Part shown: one piece after another, positions 12,685 to 24,278 of the stretch | How positions within the stretch are numbered: the stretch's first letter is position 1 | Layout of the letters: every line of letters begins with the position of its first letter | Assembly: GCA_050084515.1 (NCBI GenBank) | Contig: CM114271.1 | Coordinates: 28,272,001-28,336,000, forward strand | DNA length: 64,000 nucleotides | From: Blasia pusilla | Lineage: Eukaryota | Direction: 5' to 3' | Notes under the pieces: generated by a model | Told to the model about the DNA's origin: nothing | Databases searched by the model: none | The model's input: the letters and a program-made list of their open reading frames with translations, nothing else | Program-made: the position numbers and the translations under genes

Positions 12685-13630
12685 GGTATTCGAGTGTTAG
12701 ATCTCTTTGGAGGGATAAGCACCGGGTTAGCTACTGTTTTGCAGGGAGGAGTGCGAGTACAGCAGTATCTGTATGTGGAGAGTGATGATGTTGCGAGGCG
12801 CGTCTCACTACGACATGTGGCGCAATTACGCCTATGTTTTCTCGACTTATTGTCTATGTCCGCAGTACAGAGGTATCAGAGTTCCCTATTGAGGGATATT
12901 TCGTTTTTGGGGGCGCAGGACTTAGAGCGGGTAGGGACCATTGATTTGGTTATTGCCGGTTGGCCATGTCAAGGCCAATTGAGTGCTGGACGAGGCAGCG
13001 AGTTGGTTGACACTCGGTCCATGTTGTTTTGGGAGATGTTGAGGGTCTTACGGAAGTTGCAGGAGCACCTGTCTCGTTCTCCAGCCTACATTCTGGAGAA
13101 TGTGCCGATCTTAGGAGACTCCAAGTCACGGGTGGTGACAAGTGCTCATCAAGTGCGTGCCTGGTTCGGCCCAGCAGTGTTCTTGGATACGGCGAGTGTA
13201 GGTTCTAGAGCCCATCGCCCGCGTCTATGGTGGACCAACTTGGTGCCCCATGCGATGTTATGGAGGGCGTATGCGAGAGTGGAGCGCCCCCATTTGTTAG
13301 TGGATTCCATTCTGGATCCAGGTCGTCGATCAGAGGCAGTGAGGCACGATGATTGACCACCGTTGACTGTGGTCAAGAGGGTGGGCAGGCCGCGGGCAGC
13401 CTTGCCCACGTTTGTGAGTTTTCCCGCTTCCTATGCATACAAAAAGGCCGTTCCTGGCTTGGTTTGGGATGACCAGGTTCAGCGGTTGGTGGAGCCCGAC
13501 GCCGACGAGAGAGAGCGAGAGATGGGATTTCCCACAAGAGTGACGGCAGTACCGTCAATGTTAGAGGCATCACGACGCCATGTCTTGGGTCAGGCGATGG
13601 ACCTGAACTGCTTGACATGGATCCTCAGCT
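12685..13630 (+). pseudogene. C5 cytosine DNA methyltransferase domain, DNMT3/DRM-like (E1; one internal stop)
   Basis: Motif I VLDLFGGISTG, II YVESD, IV DLVIAGWPCQG, VI YILENV, VIII RAHRPRLWWTN, IX EREREMGFP, X RRHVLGQAMD, in canonical order. Confidence 0.92.
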
Positions 13631-14039
13631 TGGGAGTGGCTGAGCAGCATCGTATGAGATCGCGACAGATCACAGGGGTTGCGTTGGTGAGCCCCATGCC
13701 TACCGAGATGGTGGAGGTAGTGGCAGGGGGCGAGACCCGAGGAGATCTACGCACCAGGGGAGATTGGGAGAGACACCCTTGGACTTCTCGGGATGTTTTG
13801 CAGGTACGCCAGGAGATGATAGCCATAGCATCGAGCGTGGTTTTGGGCACTGCACGTGGAGGAGATCAGAGTTTGCAGTTGGCTGCAGGAGAGCGGCCGA
13901 GTGTTGTTGTTCGAGACGAGGTTGCACCATAGCAACCACCGATACCTACGCCGGAGAGTCCTACCGTAGTCACGATGGAGACTTGGGAACCAGATATGGG
14001 CCCTAAGTTGACAGGAGGAGAGCGGCGCCGAATACATCA

Positions 14040-15470
14040 GTTCCTCAGGAGTTATAGGAGTTTCTTTGCATTTAGCATGGAGGATTTGGGTACGCGGAAG
14101 GGACCGAGGATCCGCATTGAGTTGTCGAGTGATACGCCAATCTTCCAATGATCCTACAGGTACAGTGATATGGAGAGGGCTCTGATTCAGAGTAGGAGCC
14201 AGGACTTGGTCGGAGCAGGACTAGTGGAGATGTCGCATGGGGAGTATTGCATCTGCCATTGTCATGCCCGCCAAGAAGGATGTGCATGGCAACTGGATGG
14301 ATAGGCAGATGTGTGGCGATTACCGACCTATCAATCGGCATACGAAGTCCGATAGGTATGCCATGCCCACCCCTGAGGAGATCTTTGATACGATTGGTCA
14401 CGCAAAGGTCTTCAGTTCATTGGATTTGCGAGCCGGATACCATCAACTGCCTATCACATTGGAGGACATGCAGAAGATGGCATTTTGGGGCATCGATCCT
14501 CACGGGAAGGATTGTTTGTACCAGTGGCGGTTCTTACCATTTGGGTTAAAGAATGCTCCGGCTGAGTTTCAGAGGGTCATGGATAGGATCTTGGCTGGTC
14601 TGGATTTTTCTAGGTGTTATATTGATGACATCGTGGTCTTAAGCGCCACGGTTGAGAGCATGAGCGGCATCTAGAGGAGGTGTTTCGACGATTGCAATTA
14701 CATGGGCTGAAGCTACATCCAGGAAAGTGCAAGTTCTTCTACGACCAGATTGAGTACTAGGGTCATACGATATACTCATGGGGCCTTGGTGTTCAGTTGA
14801 CGAAGGTAGAGGCATTCCACGCATTCCACGCCCTACAGATGTGAGCCGTGTTCATGCATTTGTGGGATTGGCGAACTTCTATCGGCGATACGTCAAGGGA
14901 TTGAGTTCGATTGCGAAGCCGCTGACCTTGCTGACCAAGGTGGATCAAGAGTGGCACTGGGGAGATGAGCAAGAGCGAGCATTTTAGTTGCTCAAGGACA
15001 GGTTGATGTCTACGCCGATCTTGAGGAGACCGATCAGGGGGCGTCCTTTCCAGTTGCACACAGATTGGAGCATGTTGGGGCTTGGAGCGGTGCTCACCCA
15101 GCATGATGATGAGGGTAGAGAGTTTGTGGTGGCTTATGCTAGCCGCTCAAACAATGCAGAAGAGGCGAAGTACAGCTCGTATGAGGGTGAGTGCTTGGCT
15201 GCGGTGTGGGCTGTCGCGCATTTCAGGTGTTACTTATTCGGCAACCCCTTTACCATCATCACTGATCATCAACCACTGAAGGGGTTGATGGAGTCAGACA
15301 AGCTTACAGGGAAGCTTGCGAGATGGGCTCTGTTGTTCCACGAGTATGATTTTCAGGTGGTACATAGACCTAGGACGCTCAACCAGGATGCAGATGGGTT
15401 GAGTCGTAACCCATGCCTGAGTCAACAAGATGCGATTGGAGCTCGATGGCATGGAGAGAGTGATCAGGAG
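14040..15470 (+). pseudogene. Reverse transcriptase and RNase H (E1, disrupted)
   Basis: MCGDYRPIN, LDLRAGYHQ, LPFGLKNAPAEFQR, CYIDDIVV; RNase H LHTDWS, EGECLAAVWAV, TDHQPL, DADGLSR. Confidence 0.92.
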
Positions 15471-15699
15471 TAGGTGCCAGGATGGCACCCGTCAGCCTAT
15501 TTAGGCATGTTGGCTATGGAGAGCCAGAGTGTGGAGACTTCGATGGTGAGGTCTAGTGGAGAGTCCTTGGATCCCGAGGCCAGTGAGGAGACGGCAAGTG
15601 GCAGAGATATTCATGATGATGGAGTAGTCTTGGAGTACCTTCGTATTGGCAGCGTTGCGAGCACCGTGGATGCTAGAGAGCGGGATCGGATCCTACAAC

Positions 15700-16860
15700 G
15701 GGCCAGACGGTTCCGTTGGGAGGGGACACACGTTTTGAGGGTTTGGGAGGATGGCAGAGTACGCGTAGTGCCGCATCCTTCGCATAGAGCACGACTAGTG
15801 CAGCATGCCCACGAGGAGTTGGGTCACTTTGGGGTGAAGCGGACGTACAGCTTGCTCCAGATTCAGTATTGGTGGCGAGGCATGCAGACTGACGTTCAGC
15901 AGTTTGTTGCCAAGAGCATGGTGTGTGATCGGGTCCGAGCATCGTTCAATGCTCTAAATCCACAGTTGCATCCATTACCGATCACGGGCTTAGGGTATAG
16001 ATGGAGTTTGGATTTTGCAGGACCTTTGCCTTTGACGGAGCGTCATACTCGTTATGTGTTGGTGATGGTCGAGCACTTCTCGAAGTGGATCGAGTTGGTT
16101 GCATTGCTTGACAAAGCGAGTGAGGGAGTAGCTTATGCCTTCCTTGACAGAGTGCTGAGTCATTATGGCGCACCGGCTGAGATGTTGACAGACCAGGGTA
16201 CCGAGTTTTGCGGTGAGTTCCAGGCCTTGTGTGATCAGGCGCTGATCGACCACCGCACGACTTCGCGAGATCATCCCGAGGCGGATGGATTAGCGGAGAG
16301 AGTTGTGCAGATTGTGAAGAGGGGTTTATGCAAGTATGGCTTGCAGAGAGGGCACCTAGGAGGTTGGGATCTCTAGTTGCCATGGTTGGCGATGGGATTC
16401 AGATTCAACATGCAAGCATCCTTAGCGTCGTTTTCACCATACTTGCTACTTTATGGCCGAGAGCCAGATTTACCTGCGGCCATTTGTCGAGATGTTGGTG
16501 AGGTGCTAGACCTTGATGACCCAGATATATGGGTGTGAGCATATTCTCAGAGGTTTGAGTTGTTTCGGAAAGTGATGCCCATGGCGTTCGAGAACTTGGC
16601 GATTGCGCAGCATCGAGATACGTTGAGGTATGCGACTATTCGGGGTGGTGGTTATCGACCAACTATGCGGAGGTTTCATCAGGGAGATTATGTCTACTTG
16701 CAGCAAACGGCACCGACGACGTTGGATGTGATTGAGGGCGCAATATCCTGAGAGTGCGTGACGTTTTGCCATCCGGTGTTCTCTTGCTGGAGGGACGCGA
16801 TGGTATGGTATGGAAGAACCATGTGTGTAATTGTGCGCCATGTCACCTTCCTAACATTGA
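15700..16860 (+). pseudogene. DDE integrase (E1)
   Basis: HAHEELGHFG zinc-binding region; WSLDFAGPLP, VEHFSKW, LTDQGTEF, HPEADGLAERVVQ. Confidence 0.92.
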
Positions 16861-16899
16861 TGGTCAAGTAGATCCGAGCTTAGCAATAGTTCCTGCAGG

Positions 16900-17046
16900 C
16901 TTGCGTTGTATGTTGTGTAGTTATGCCCGTGGTGCGGCCACGATGCTAGTCTGTGATGGATGCTCGAGAGGTTGGCATATGGCATATCTGACGCCACCTC
17001 TCACTAGGGTTCCTCGGGGATGATGGATATATCCCAGATGTACATA
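16900..17046 (+). pseudogene. C-terminal PHD finger (E1)
   Basis: CMLC...MLVCDGCSRGWHM...LTPPLTRVP.G.W..P.C; complete C4HC3 in the E4 copy. Confidence 0.85.
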
Positions 17047-17224
17047 GAGGAGATACTAGGTAGGTTTCGATTCCAACTTTTTCTGTGATAGGGATGACAG
17101 GAAGGCGACTAACGATGGGGCCACATGAGCACCCGGCCTTTCTGCTCTTAGAGTCCTAGAGATATATGTCGTGGTAGGTAGGGATAGATGGCTATCTGGA
17201 GTTAGAGGGACCTAACCACCAGCT

Positions 17225-17234
17225 AGGGGGGCGA
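17225..17234 (+). other. Polypurine-tract-like motif immediately 5' of B1
   Basis: AGGGGGGCGA; near-identical at the same position in E3 (25031) and E4 (49024-49033, minus). Confidence 0.55.
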
Positions 17235-17974
17235 TTGGAGATATTTTGGTACTTCTCGCCTCTATGTATGGATGCCATGAGTTAGCATGGGATCGTGTGT
17301 GTTTGATGACAACGATGTATGTTGTGTAGCGATATGTATGCGCACGACAGTTGTCATGACTATTAGGATAGATCGGTGGGATCTAGTAGAGCGTCTTCAC
17401 AAGTAGTAGAGGACAGGCCCATGAGGTCGAGAATGACTTGCTGAGGCCCCGGGAAACCTGAGAGAGCAGGTTTCCCCTTCGTTTCGGCTCATTTGAAGCC
17501 ATATAGAGAAACTTACTATTTCGGATAAGTTTCCATGTTGGGGATAGTTGGATTTCTATTTTTGGTAAGTGGCCCTTGACCTCTTACGTCAGGTCAAGAG
17601 CCAAAGAGGTGACTTGGGAGCATATGTTACCATGGAGAGAGCTTGGGAGAGGGGAGGGGTATATCCCAAGGAGAGAGAGCTTGAGAGCTCATTCTCTCTT
17701 TGTTGAACCTCTTGGCATGAGGTGGCGGAGCTATGGTCCCTTGCCTTGTGAGTGTAACCCAAGCCTCTCATTAGGAGAGTGGGTTTGGTTTGACATGAGA
17801 GAGAGTGCACACCTTTGAGAACTATGGTATGAGATGGTGTAGAGAGAGATTGGATCTTACTTTATTGGAGATATTTTGGTACTTCTCGCCTCTCTGTATG
17901 GATGCCATGAGTTAGCATGGGATCGTGTGTGTTTGTGTGTGTGTTCGATGACAGCGATGTGTATGCGCATGACA
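17235..17974 (+). repeat. B1-A2-B2 3' terminus of E1
   Basis: B1 17235-17349, 2-nt spacer GT, A2 17352-17864, B2 17865-17974. Confidence 0.9.
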
Positions 17975-18634
17975 CAGTTGACCGTTGATGGTGACGGTGA
18001 CGATTGACCATCTATGGTGATGGTTGACCGTCGCTGGCGGACCATTGACGGTGACTATGATGGCGACGGTCGTCGCCGGCGTGGCGGCTGGTTTAGGGTT
18101 TGAACAATTTAACCCTAAAAAATACCTAGCAATGGCAGTTTTGCAAGATTGACCATAACTTTTTGCTTGCAACTCCACATTGCGCACAACGTACACAGCT
18201 TCACAATCTACAACAATGTCAACAAATATTTAGAATCAGAAATTCCAGTAAAAACTGACGCGGACTGTCGTAAAGCCCAATGTCTCTTTCTCCTACATAA
18301 AATTGAGCAGCGCTTCCGCGCTGATTTCTCCCAACAAAAATGTAAAACCTATAAAAATACAAATCAGCAAGCTATATGGTGCTCCCCAGAGCACTGACAT
18401 GGGGCAACTTGCCCCCATAATCAATCTCTATCAGAAATTGGGCAGCGCTTCCGCGCGCCACTCTTCCACACGAAAAATTGGCAAATACAAAGAACAATCA
18501 AAGCAGCCCTTGCTCCGGTGAGCACTCCCGTGAGCAGCTGAATGGGGAACACGGTCCCTAATGTGCAAAACAACAAGTGACCAGCGAGCTCCCCCATGAA
18601 GATCTCTCTCTCTCATTCTCTCATTCTCTCTTTG

Positions 18635-19147
18635 TAAAGTAAGATCCAATCTCTCTCTACACCATCTCACACCATAGCTCTCAATAGTGTGCACTCTCCC
18701 TCATGTCAAACCAAACCCACTCTCCTAATGAGAGGCTTGGATTACACTCACAAGGCAAGGGACCATAGCTCCGCCGCCTCATGCCAAGAGGTTCAACAAA
18801 GAGAGAATGAGCTTTCAAGCTCCCTCTCTTGGAGGTATACCCCCTTCCCTCTCCCAAGCCCTCTCAACGGTAACCTATGGTCGTAGGTCACCTCCTTGGC
18901 TCTTGATCTGCTCTAGTGGGTCAAGGGCCACTTCCCAAAGTGGAAAGTCAACTGTCCCTAATATAGAAACTTACCCAAAATAGTAAGTTTCTCTATATGG
19001 CTCCAAATGAACCAAAACGAAGGGAAAACCTGCTCTCTCAGGTTTCTCGGGGCCTCAGCAGGTCATCCTCGACCTCCTGAGCCTGTCCTCCACTACTCGT
19101 GAAGATGCTCTACTAGATCCCACCAATCTATCCTAAAAGTCGTGACA
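18635..19147 (-). repeat. A1 terminal repeat of E2 (not followed by B)
   Basis: Reverse complement of A; continues into CAAAGAGAGAATGAGAG exactly as E1 A1 does. Confidence 0.88.
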
Positions 19148-19344
19148 CATCAGTCTGTGGAGGAGAGGTGTCGCCTTGGGGCTTGACTTAGGAGCTTCGA
19201 CGCTTAGCCACTGAGCATGTGCAGACCACGTGGAGCGAGACACTTGCACTAGAGTGTGACGGGTCAGAGGAACCCCATGTAGGCAGGAGTGTTGCTATGA
19301 TCGCTTTGGACACCACCCGAATTGTGTGGTGCATCCCTGAGAAG

Positions 19345-20290
19345 GGTATTCGGGTATTGGATCTCTTTGGAGGGATCAACATTGGGTTAGCTATTGTTTT
19401 GCACCTTGGAGTGCGCGTGCAGTAGTACCGGTATGTGGAGATTGATGATGTTACAAGGCGCGCTTGACTTCACCATGTGGCGCTGTTACGCTTCCATTTT
19501 CCCGACTTGTTGTCTGCGTCCGCCATTTAGGGTTACCAGAGTTCCCTACCGAGGGACATTTCATTGTTGAGGGCGCAGGACTTGGAGCGGGTAGGCACCA
19601 TAGACTTGGTCATTGCTGGTTGGCCGTGTCAGGGCCAATCGAGTGCTGGACGAGGAAGCGGGTTAGATGACACTCGCTCCATGTTGTTTTGGGAGATGAT
19701 GCGGATCTTGCGACATTTACAAGAGCATCAACCTCGTTCTCCAACATATATTTTGGAGAAAGTGCCAATTTTGGGCGATTTGAGGTCCGCGTGGTGACGA
19801 GTGCACATCAAGTGCCTGTATGGATGGGCTTGGAAGTGTTGTTAGATGCGATAAGTGTAGGTTCTAGAGCACATCGCCCGCATCTTTGGTGGATCAACTT
19901 GGTACCACATGAGATGTTGCGGACGACTTATGTGACACTGGAGCGTCCCTCTAATTTATTGGTGGATTCTAGATTGGATTCAAACCATCGATCACAAGCA
20001 GTGTGGCACAATGATCGACCGCCGTTGATTGTGGTCAACAAGATTGGCATGCCACAAGTAGCCTTCCCCACATTGGTGAGTTTTCTCGCTTCCTATGCAT
20101 TCAAGGAGGCCGGACGTGGCTTGGTTTGGGACGGACCAGGTATAGATGTTGGTGGAGCCCAATGCTGATGAGCGAGAGTGAGCGATGGGATTCCCCACAT
20201 GAGTGACGGAAGTACCATCACTATCACAGGCATCACGACGTCATGTCTTGGGTCAGGCAATGGACCTGAATTTCTTGACATGGATTTTCA
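19345..20290 (+). pseudogene. C5 cytosine DNA methyltransferase domain (E3, frameshifted)
   Basis: VLDLFGGINIG, DLVIAGWPCQG, YILEKVP, RAHRPHLWWIN, RRHVLGQAMD. Confidence 0.85.
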
Positions 20291-23086
20291 GCTTAGGAGT
20301 AGCTGAGCAACGTCGTTTGAGGATGCAACGGATCACAAAAGTTGCGTTAGTGAGCCCCATGCCTACCGCGATGGTTGAGGAAGTGGCTGAGGGTGAGACT
20401 CGAGGAGATTGACACACCAGGGGATGATTGGGGGAGACACCCTTGGACTTCTTGGGATGTTTTTGCAGGTACGTGAGGAGATGATAGCCACAGCATCAAG
20501 CGTGGTTCTGGGTACTGCACGTGGAGATGAGAGTTATATTGTCCAAGATGGGGTTGCACCATAGCAACCATCGACATCCGCGTCGGAGAGTCCTACCGTA
20601 GTCACGATGGAGACTTGGGAGCCACATATGGGCCCTAAGTTGACAGGAGGAGAGCGGTGTCGAATACATCAATTCCTTGGGAGTTATAGGAGTTGTTTTG
20701 CATTTATTATGCATGATTTGGATACGCTAAAGGGTCCAAGGATCCGCATTGAGTTGTCGAGTGACACGCCGATCTTCCGACGACCCTACATGTACAATGA
20801 CATGGAGAGGGCTATGATTCAGAGTAGAAGCCAGGACTTGGTTGGAGTAGAACTAGTGGAGATGTCGCATGGAGAGTATGCATCTGCCACTATCATGCCT
20901 GCCAAGAAGAATGTGCATGGCAATTGGAAAGATAGGCGGAAGTGTGGGGATTACTGACCCATCAATCGGTAGACGAAATCCAATAGGTATACCATGCCCA
21001 CCCCTAAGGAGATCTTTGATGCGATTGGGCATCCAAAGGTCTTCAATTCATTGGATTTACGAGCCATATACCATCAACTGCCTATCATATTGGAGGACAA
21101 GTAGAAGACCGCATTTAGGAGCATCGATCCTCACGGGATGGATTGCTTGTACCAATGGGGGTTCTTACCATTGGGGTTAAAGAACACCCCGGTTGAGTTT
21201 CAGAGGATCATGGATACGATCTTGGGAGGTCTGGATTTTTCTAGGTGTTATATTGATGACATCGTAGTCTTTAGCGCCACAGTTGAGAAGCATGAGCGAC
21301 ATGACATCTAGAGGAGGTATTTCAACGATTGCACTTACATGGGCTGAAGCTACATCAAAGCAAGTGCAAGTTCTAGTACGACCAGATTGAGTACTTGGGT
21401 CATACGATATACTTGGGGGGCCTTGGTATGCAACAGACAAAGGTAGAGGCTATTTCATGCATTCCACGCCCTACAGATGTGAGTCAAGTTCGTGCATTCA
21501 TGGGATTGGCAAACTTCTATCGATGGTACGTCAAAGATTTCAGTTTGATTGCGAAGTCGCCAACCTTGATGACCAAGGTGGATGAGGAGTGGCATTGGGA
21601 GGATGAGCAAAAGAGAGCATTTAAGATGCTCAAGGACAGATTGATGTCCGCGCCCATATTGAGGAGACCGATCAGAGGTCGTCCTTTCCAGTTGCATACC
21701 GATTGGAGCATGTTGGGGCTTGGAGCCGTGCTCACCCAACATGACGATGATGGTAGAGAGTTTGTGGTGGGTTACCCTAGTTGCTCTAACAATATTGTAG
21801 AGGCAAAGTATAACTTGTATGAGGGTAAGTGCCTGGTTGCAGTGTGGGGTGTCGCACATTTCAGATGTTATCTATTCGGAATTCCCCTTACCATCATTAC
21901 TGATCATCAACCATTTAAGTGGTTGATGGAATCCAAAAAGTTTACAGGGAAGCTTGTGAGATGGGCTCTTTTGTTGCAAGAGTATGACTTCCAGGTGGTG
22001 CATAGACCTCGGATGTTCAACCAGGATGCAGATGGTTTTGAGTCGTAACCCATGCCTGAGTCAGCGAGATGCGACAAGAGCTCGTTGGCATGGTGAGAGT
22101 GATGAGGAGTTGGTTCTACGATGGCATGCGTGAACCTATTTGGGCTTGTTGGCTATGGAGAGCAAGATTGCTGAGATTTCGACGGCAAGGTCTGATGGAG
22201 AGTCCTTAGATCCACAGGCCGGTGAGGAGATGGAAGGTGGCCGAGATATTCATCACGATGGAGTGATCTTGGAGTACCTGCGTATTGGCAGCGTTGCGAG
22301 CACAGTGGGTGCTAGAGAGCGGGATTGGATCCTATAGCGAGCTAGACAGTTTTGGTAGGAGAGCACACATGTGTTGTGAGTGTGGGAGGATAGTAGAGTG
22401 AGTGTAGTGCCTCATCCTTTGTAGAGAGCACGTTTGGTGCGTCATGCCCACGAGGAGTTGGGTCATTTTGGAGTGAAGTGAACTTACAGCTTGCTCCAGA
22501 TTCAATGTTGGTGGCGAGGCATATAGATTGACGTTCAACAGTTTGTTGCCCGATGCATGGTGTGTGATGGAGTCCACAGTTGCATCCACTTCTGATCATG
22601 GATTTAGGTTATAGATGGTGTTTGGATTTTGCAGAACCTTTGCCTTTGACGGAGTGCCATAGTCGTTATGTGTTGGTGGTGTTCGAGCATTTCTCGAAGT
22701 GGATAGAGTTGGTTTCATTGCTTGACAAAGGGAGTGAGGGAGTAGCATATTCCTTCCTAGATTGAGTGTTGAGTCATTACGGCACACCGACTAAGGTGTT
22801 GATAGACCAGGGTACAGAGTTTCGCGTGGAGTTTTAGGCCTTGTGTGATTAGGCACTGATTGACCACTGCACTACTTCGCGAGATCATCCTAGACGGATG
22901 GACTAGGAGAGTGGGTTGTGCAGACGGTAAAGAGAGGACTACGCAAGTATGGCTTGAAGAGAGGTCACCTATGAGATTGGGACCTTCAGTTGTCGTGGTT
23001 GGCGATGGGATACAGATTCAACAGGCATACATCCTTAGTGTCTTTCTCACCATACTTGTTGCTTTATGGCTGAGAGCCACATTTAC

Positions 23087-24278
23087 TGTGATACCCACAA
23101 TCTGTACTTCGGAAGAAATTTATCTTTTTATTGAACAAAGACTCTTGTACATTATGGTTTTGATTCTTATATGCAATTATGGAGAAGAACGAGTAAGATT
23201 CAAGTGAATCACGAAGCTCCTAAGACAAGGCAGAGAGATGGAAGATCAAGGATTTGCCTTAGAGGAGAAGCAAAAGCAGTAACAAAGTATAAAGGACCAA
23301 CGCGAAGCTTAGCGAAGCTTAACGCAACTTAGCGAAGCTCAACAAAGCTCTGTACACGAAGTACTTTGCTCTTAAGCGAAGCACGAAGAGCGAAGCACGA
23401 AGAGAATGAAGAATGAAGAGCTTCGTCCTCCGGAAATTCAGCGCAGAGAAGCTCAGTATGATTGTGATTCGAACCGGTACATAGTTAAAACAGTTAGCCT
23501 AGGAAGAAGCGCAACCCTTTGTATCAGATAGACAGTTAGGACAATTTTGTTCTCCGGATTCCTAGGGATCATCGGAAAAGGAACGCACACCATAGATCTA
23601 GGTAGTTACAAATATTGAAGAGACACCAACTTCATCAAGAACGCTTCGGATCTTGGAAACACTCCTACTCTCGAGAATATTTAAGAAACAAGACAGAAGC
23701 TACAATTATCATTCGCTCATGAAGTCCTTATGCTGTAGGAATGGTCCGAGTAAGAGAGTAGTACCCTCTCGAGCTTGTATACACTTTGAAGTCTTCCCAT
23801 TCTTGATGGAGTAGTAAAGCAATCATTCATTCATTGTGATGTGCGATGCTTATGTGTGAGTATTCTTTTTGGGTCTGCAGAGTGAAGAGTGAAATCAGAC
23901 AAACCTTTCTCATCAATGGAATAATCAACATAGAGTTGTATGAAATTTGTTTGACAGAGAGTAACCTGCCAAGACGAATTGAGTTCCGAAAGTAGGAGAA
24001 GCCACCTTTATTGTTGAGATCTCTGTGAGGTTCCTAGATGTCGAGAGAACAATTTTCCTGAGCGTATTTTAAATTCCACTAGAGAGAATTGAAGAAGAAA
24101 ACATGGGTACTAAGAAAGATCGGAAGATGTTACTGGAATACTACATTTGAATTACATAATCAACCACACTACTTTTACAACATAATAATCACCTTATCCT
24201 CTCTTTTCATCCAACAATGATCCTCTTGGGGATCAAACTCTACAAATGGCTGTAAATTAGAAACACTTGTATATTACA
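23087..24278 (+). repeat. Solo LTR of the Athila-like family inserted in the E3 integrase
   Basis: TGTGATACCC...TATTACA with a perfect 5-bp TSD TTTAC on both sides. Confidence 0.9.

Larger units (their letters stand above)
7823..17974 (+). mobile_element. Element E1: full-length, decayed methyltransferase- and PHD-bearing Ty3/Gypsy element with A...B-A-B split repeats
   Basis: TGTCACG...CATGACA termini, flanks CAAT/CAGT (4-bp TSD, one mismatch), gag-PR-DNMT-RT-RH-IN-PHD order, many stops and frameshifts. Confidence 0.92.
3033..19147 (-). mobile_element. Element E2: methyltransferase-Gypsy, minus strand, interrupted by E1 (7823-17974) and by the Athila-like element
   Basis: Starts TGTCACGAC at 19147 with A repeat 19147-18635, 5' UTR continuing across the E1 insertion, decayed gag (about 6900-5700), protease LLDSRAQ (about 5310), methyltransferase (about 4590-3650) and RT start (about 3200-3033). 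Confidence 0.85.

Noticed and set aside
12448-13932. Host DRM/DNMT3 gene or bacterial restriction-modification methylase
   Set aside because: Intronless, embedded between protease and RT in multiple TE copies, with no host regulatory domains or neighbouring restriction enzyme.
7823-17974. DIRS/Ngaro tyrosine-recombinase element
   Set aside because: Split repeats suggest it, but protease, Gypsy-type RT, DDE integrase and TSDs are present and I saw no recombinase motifs.
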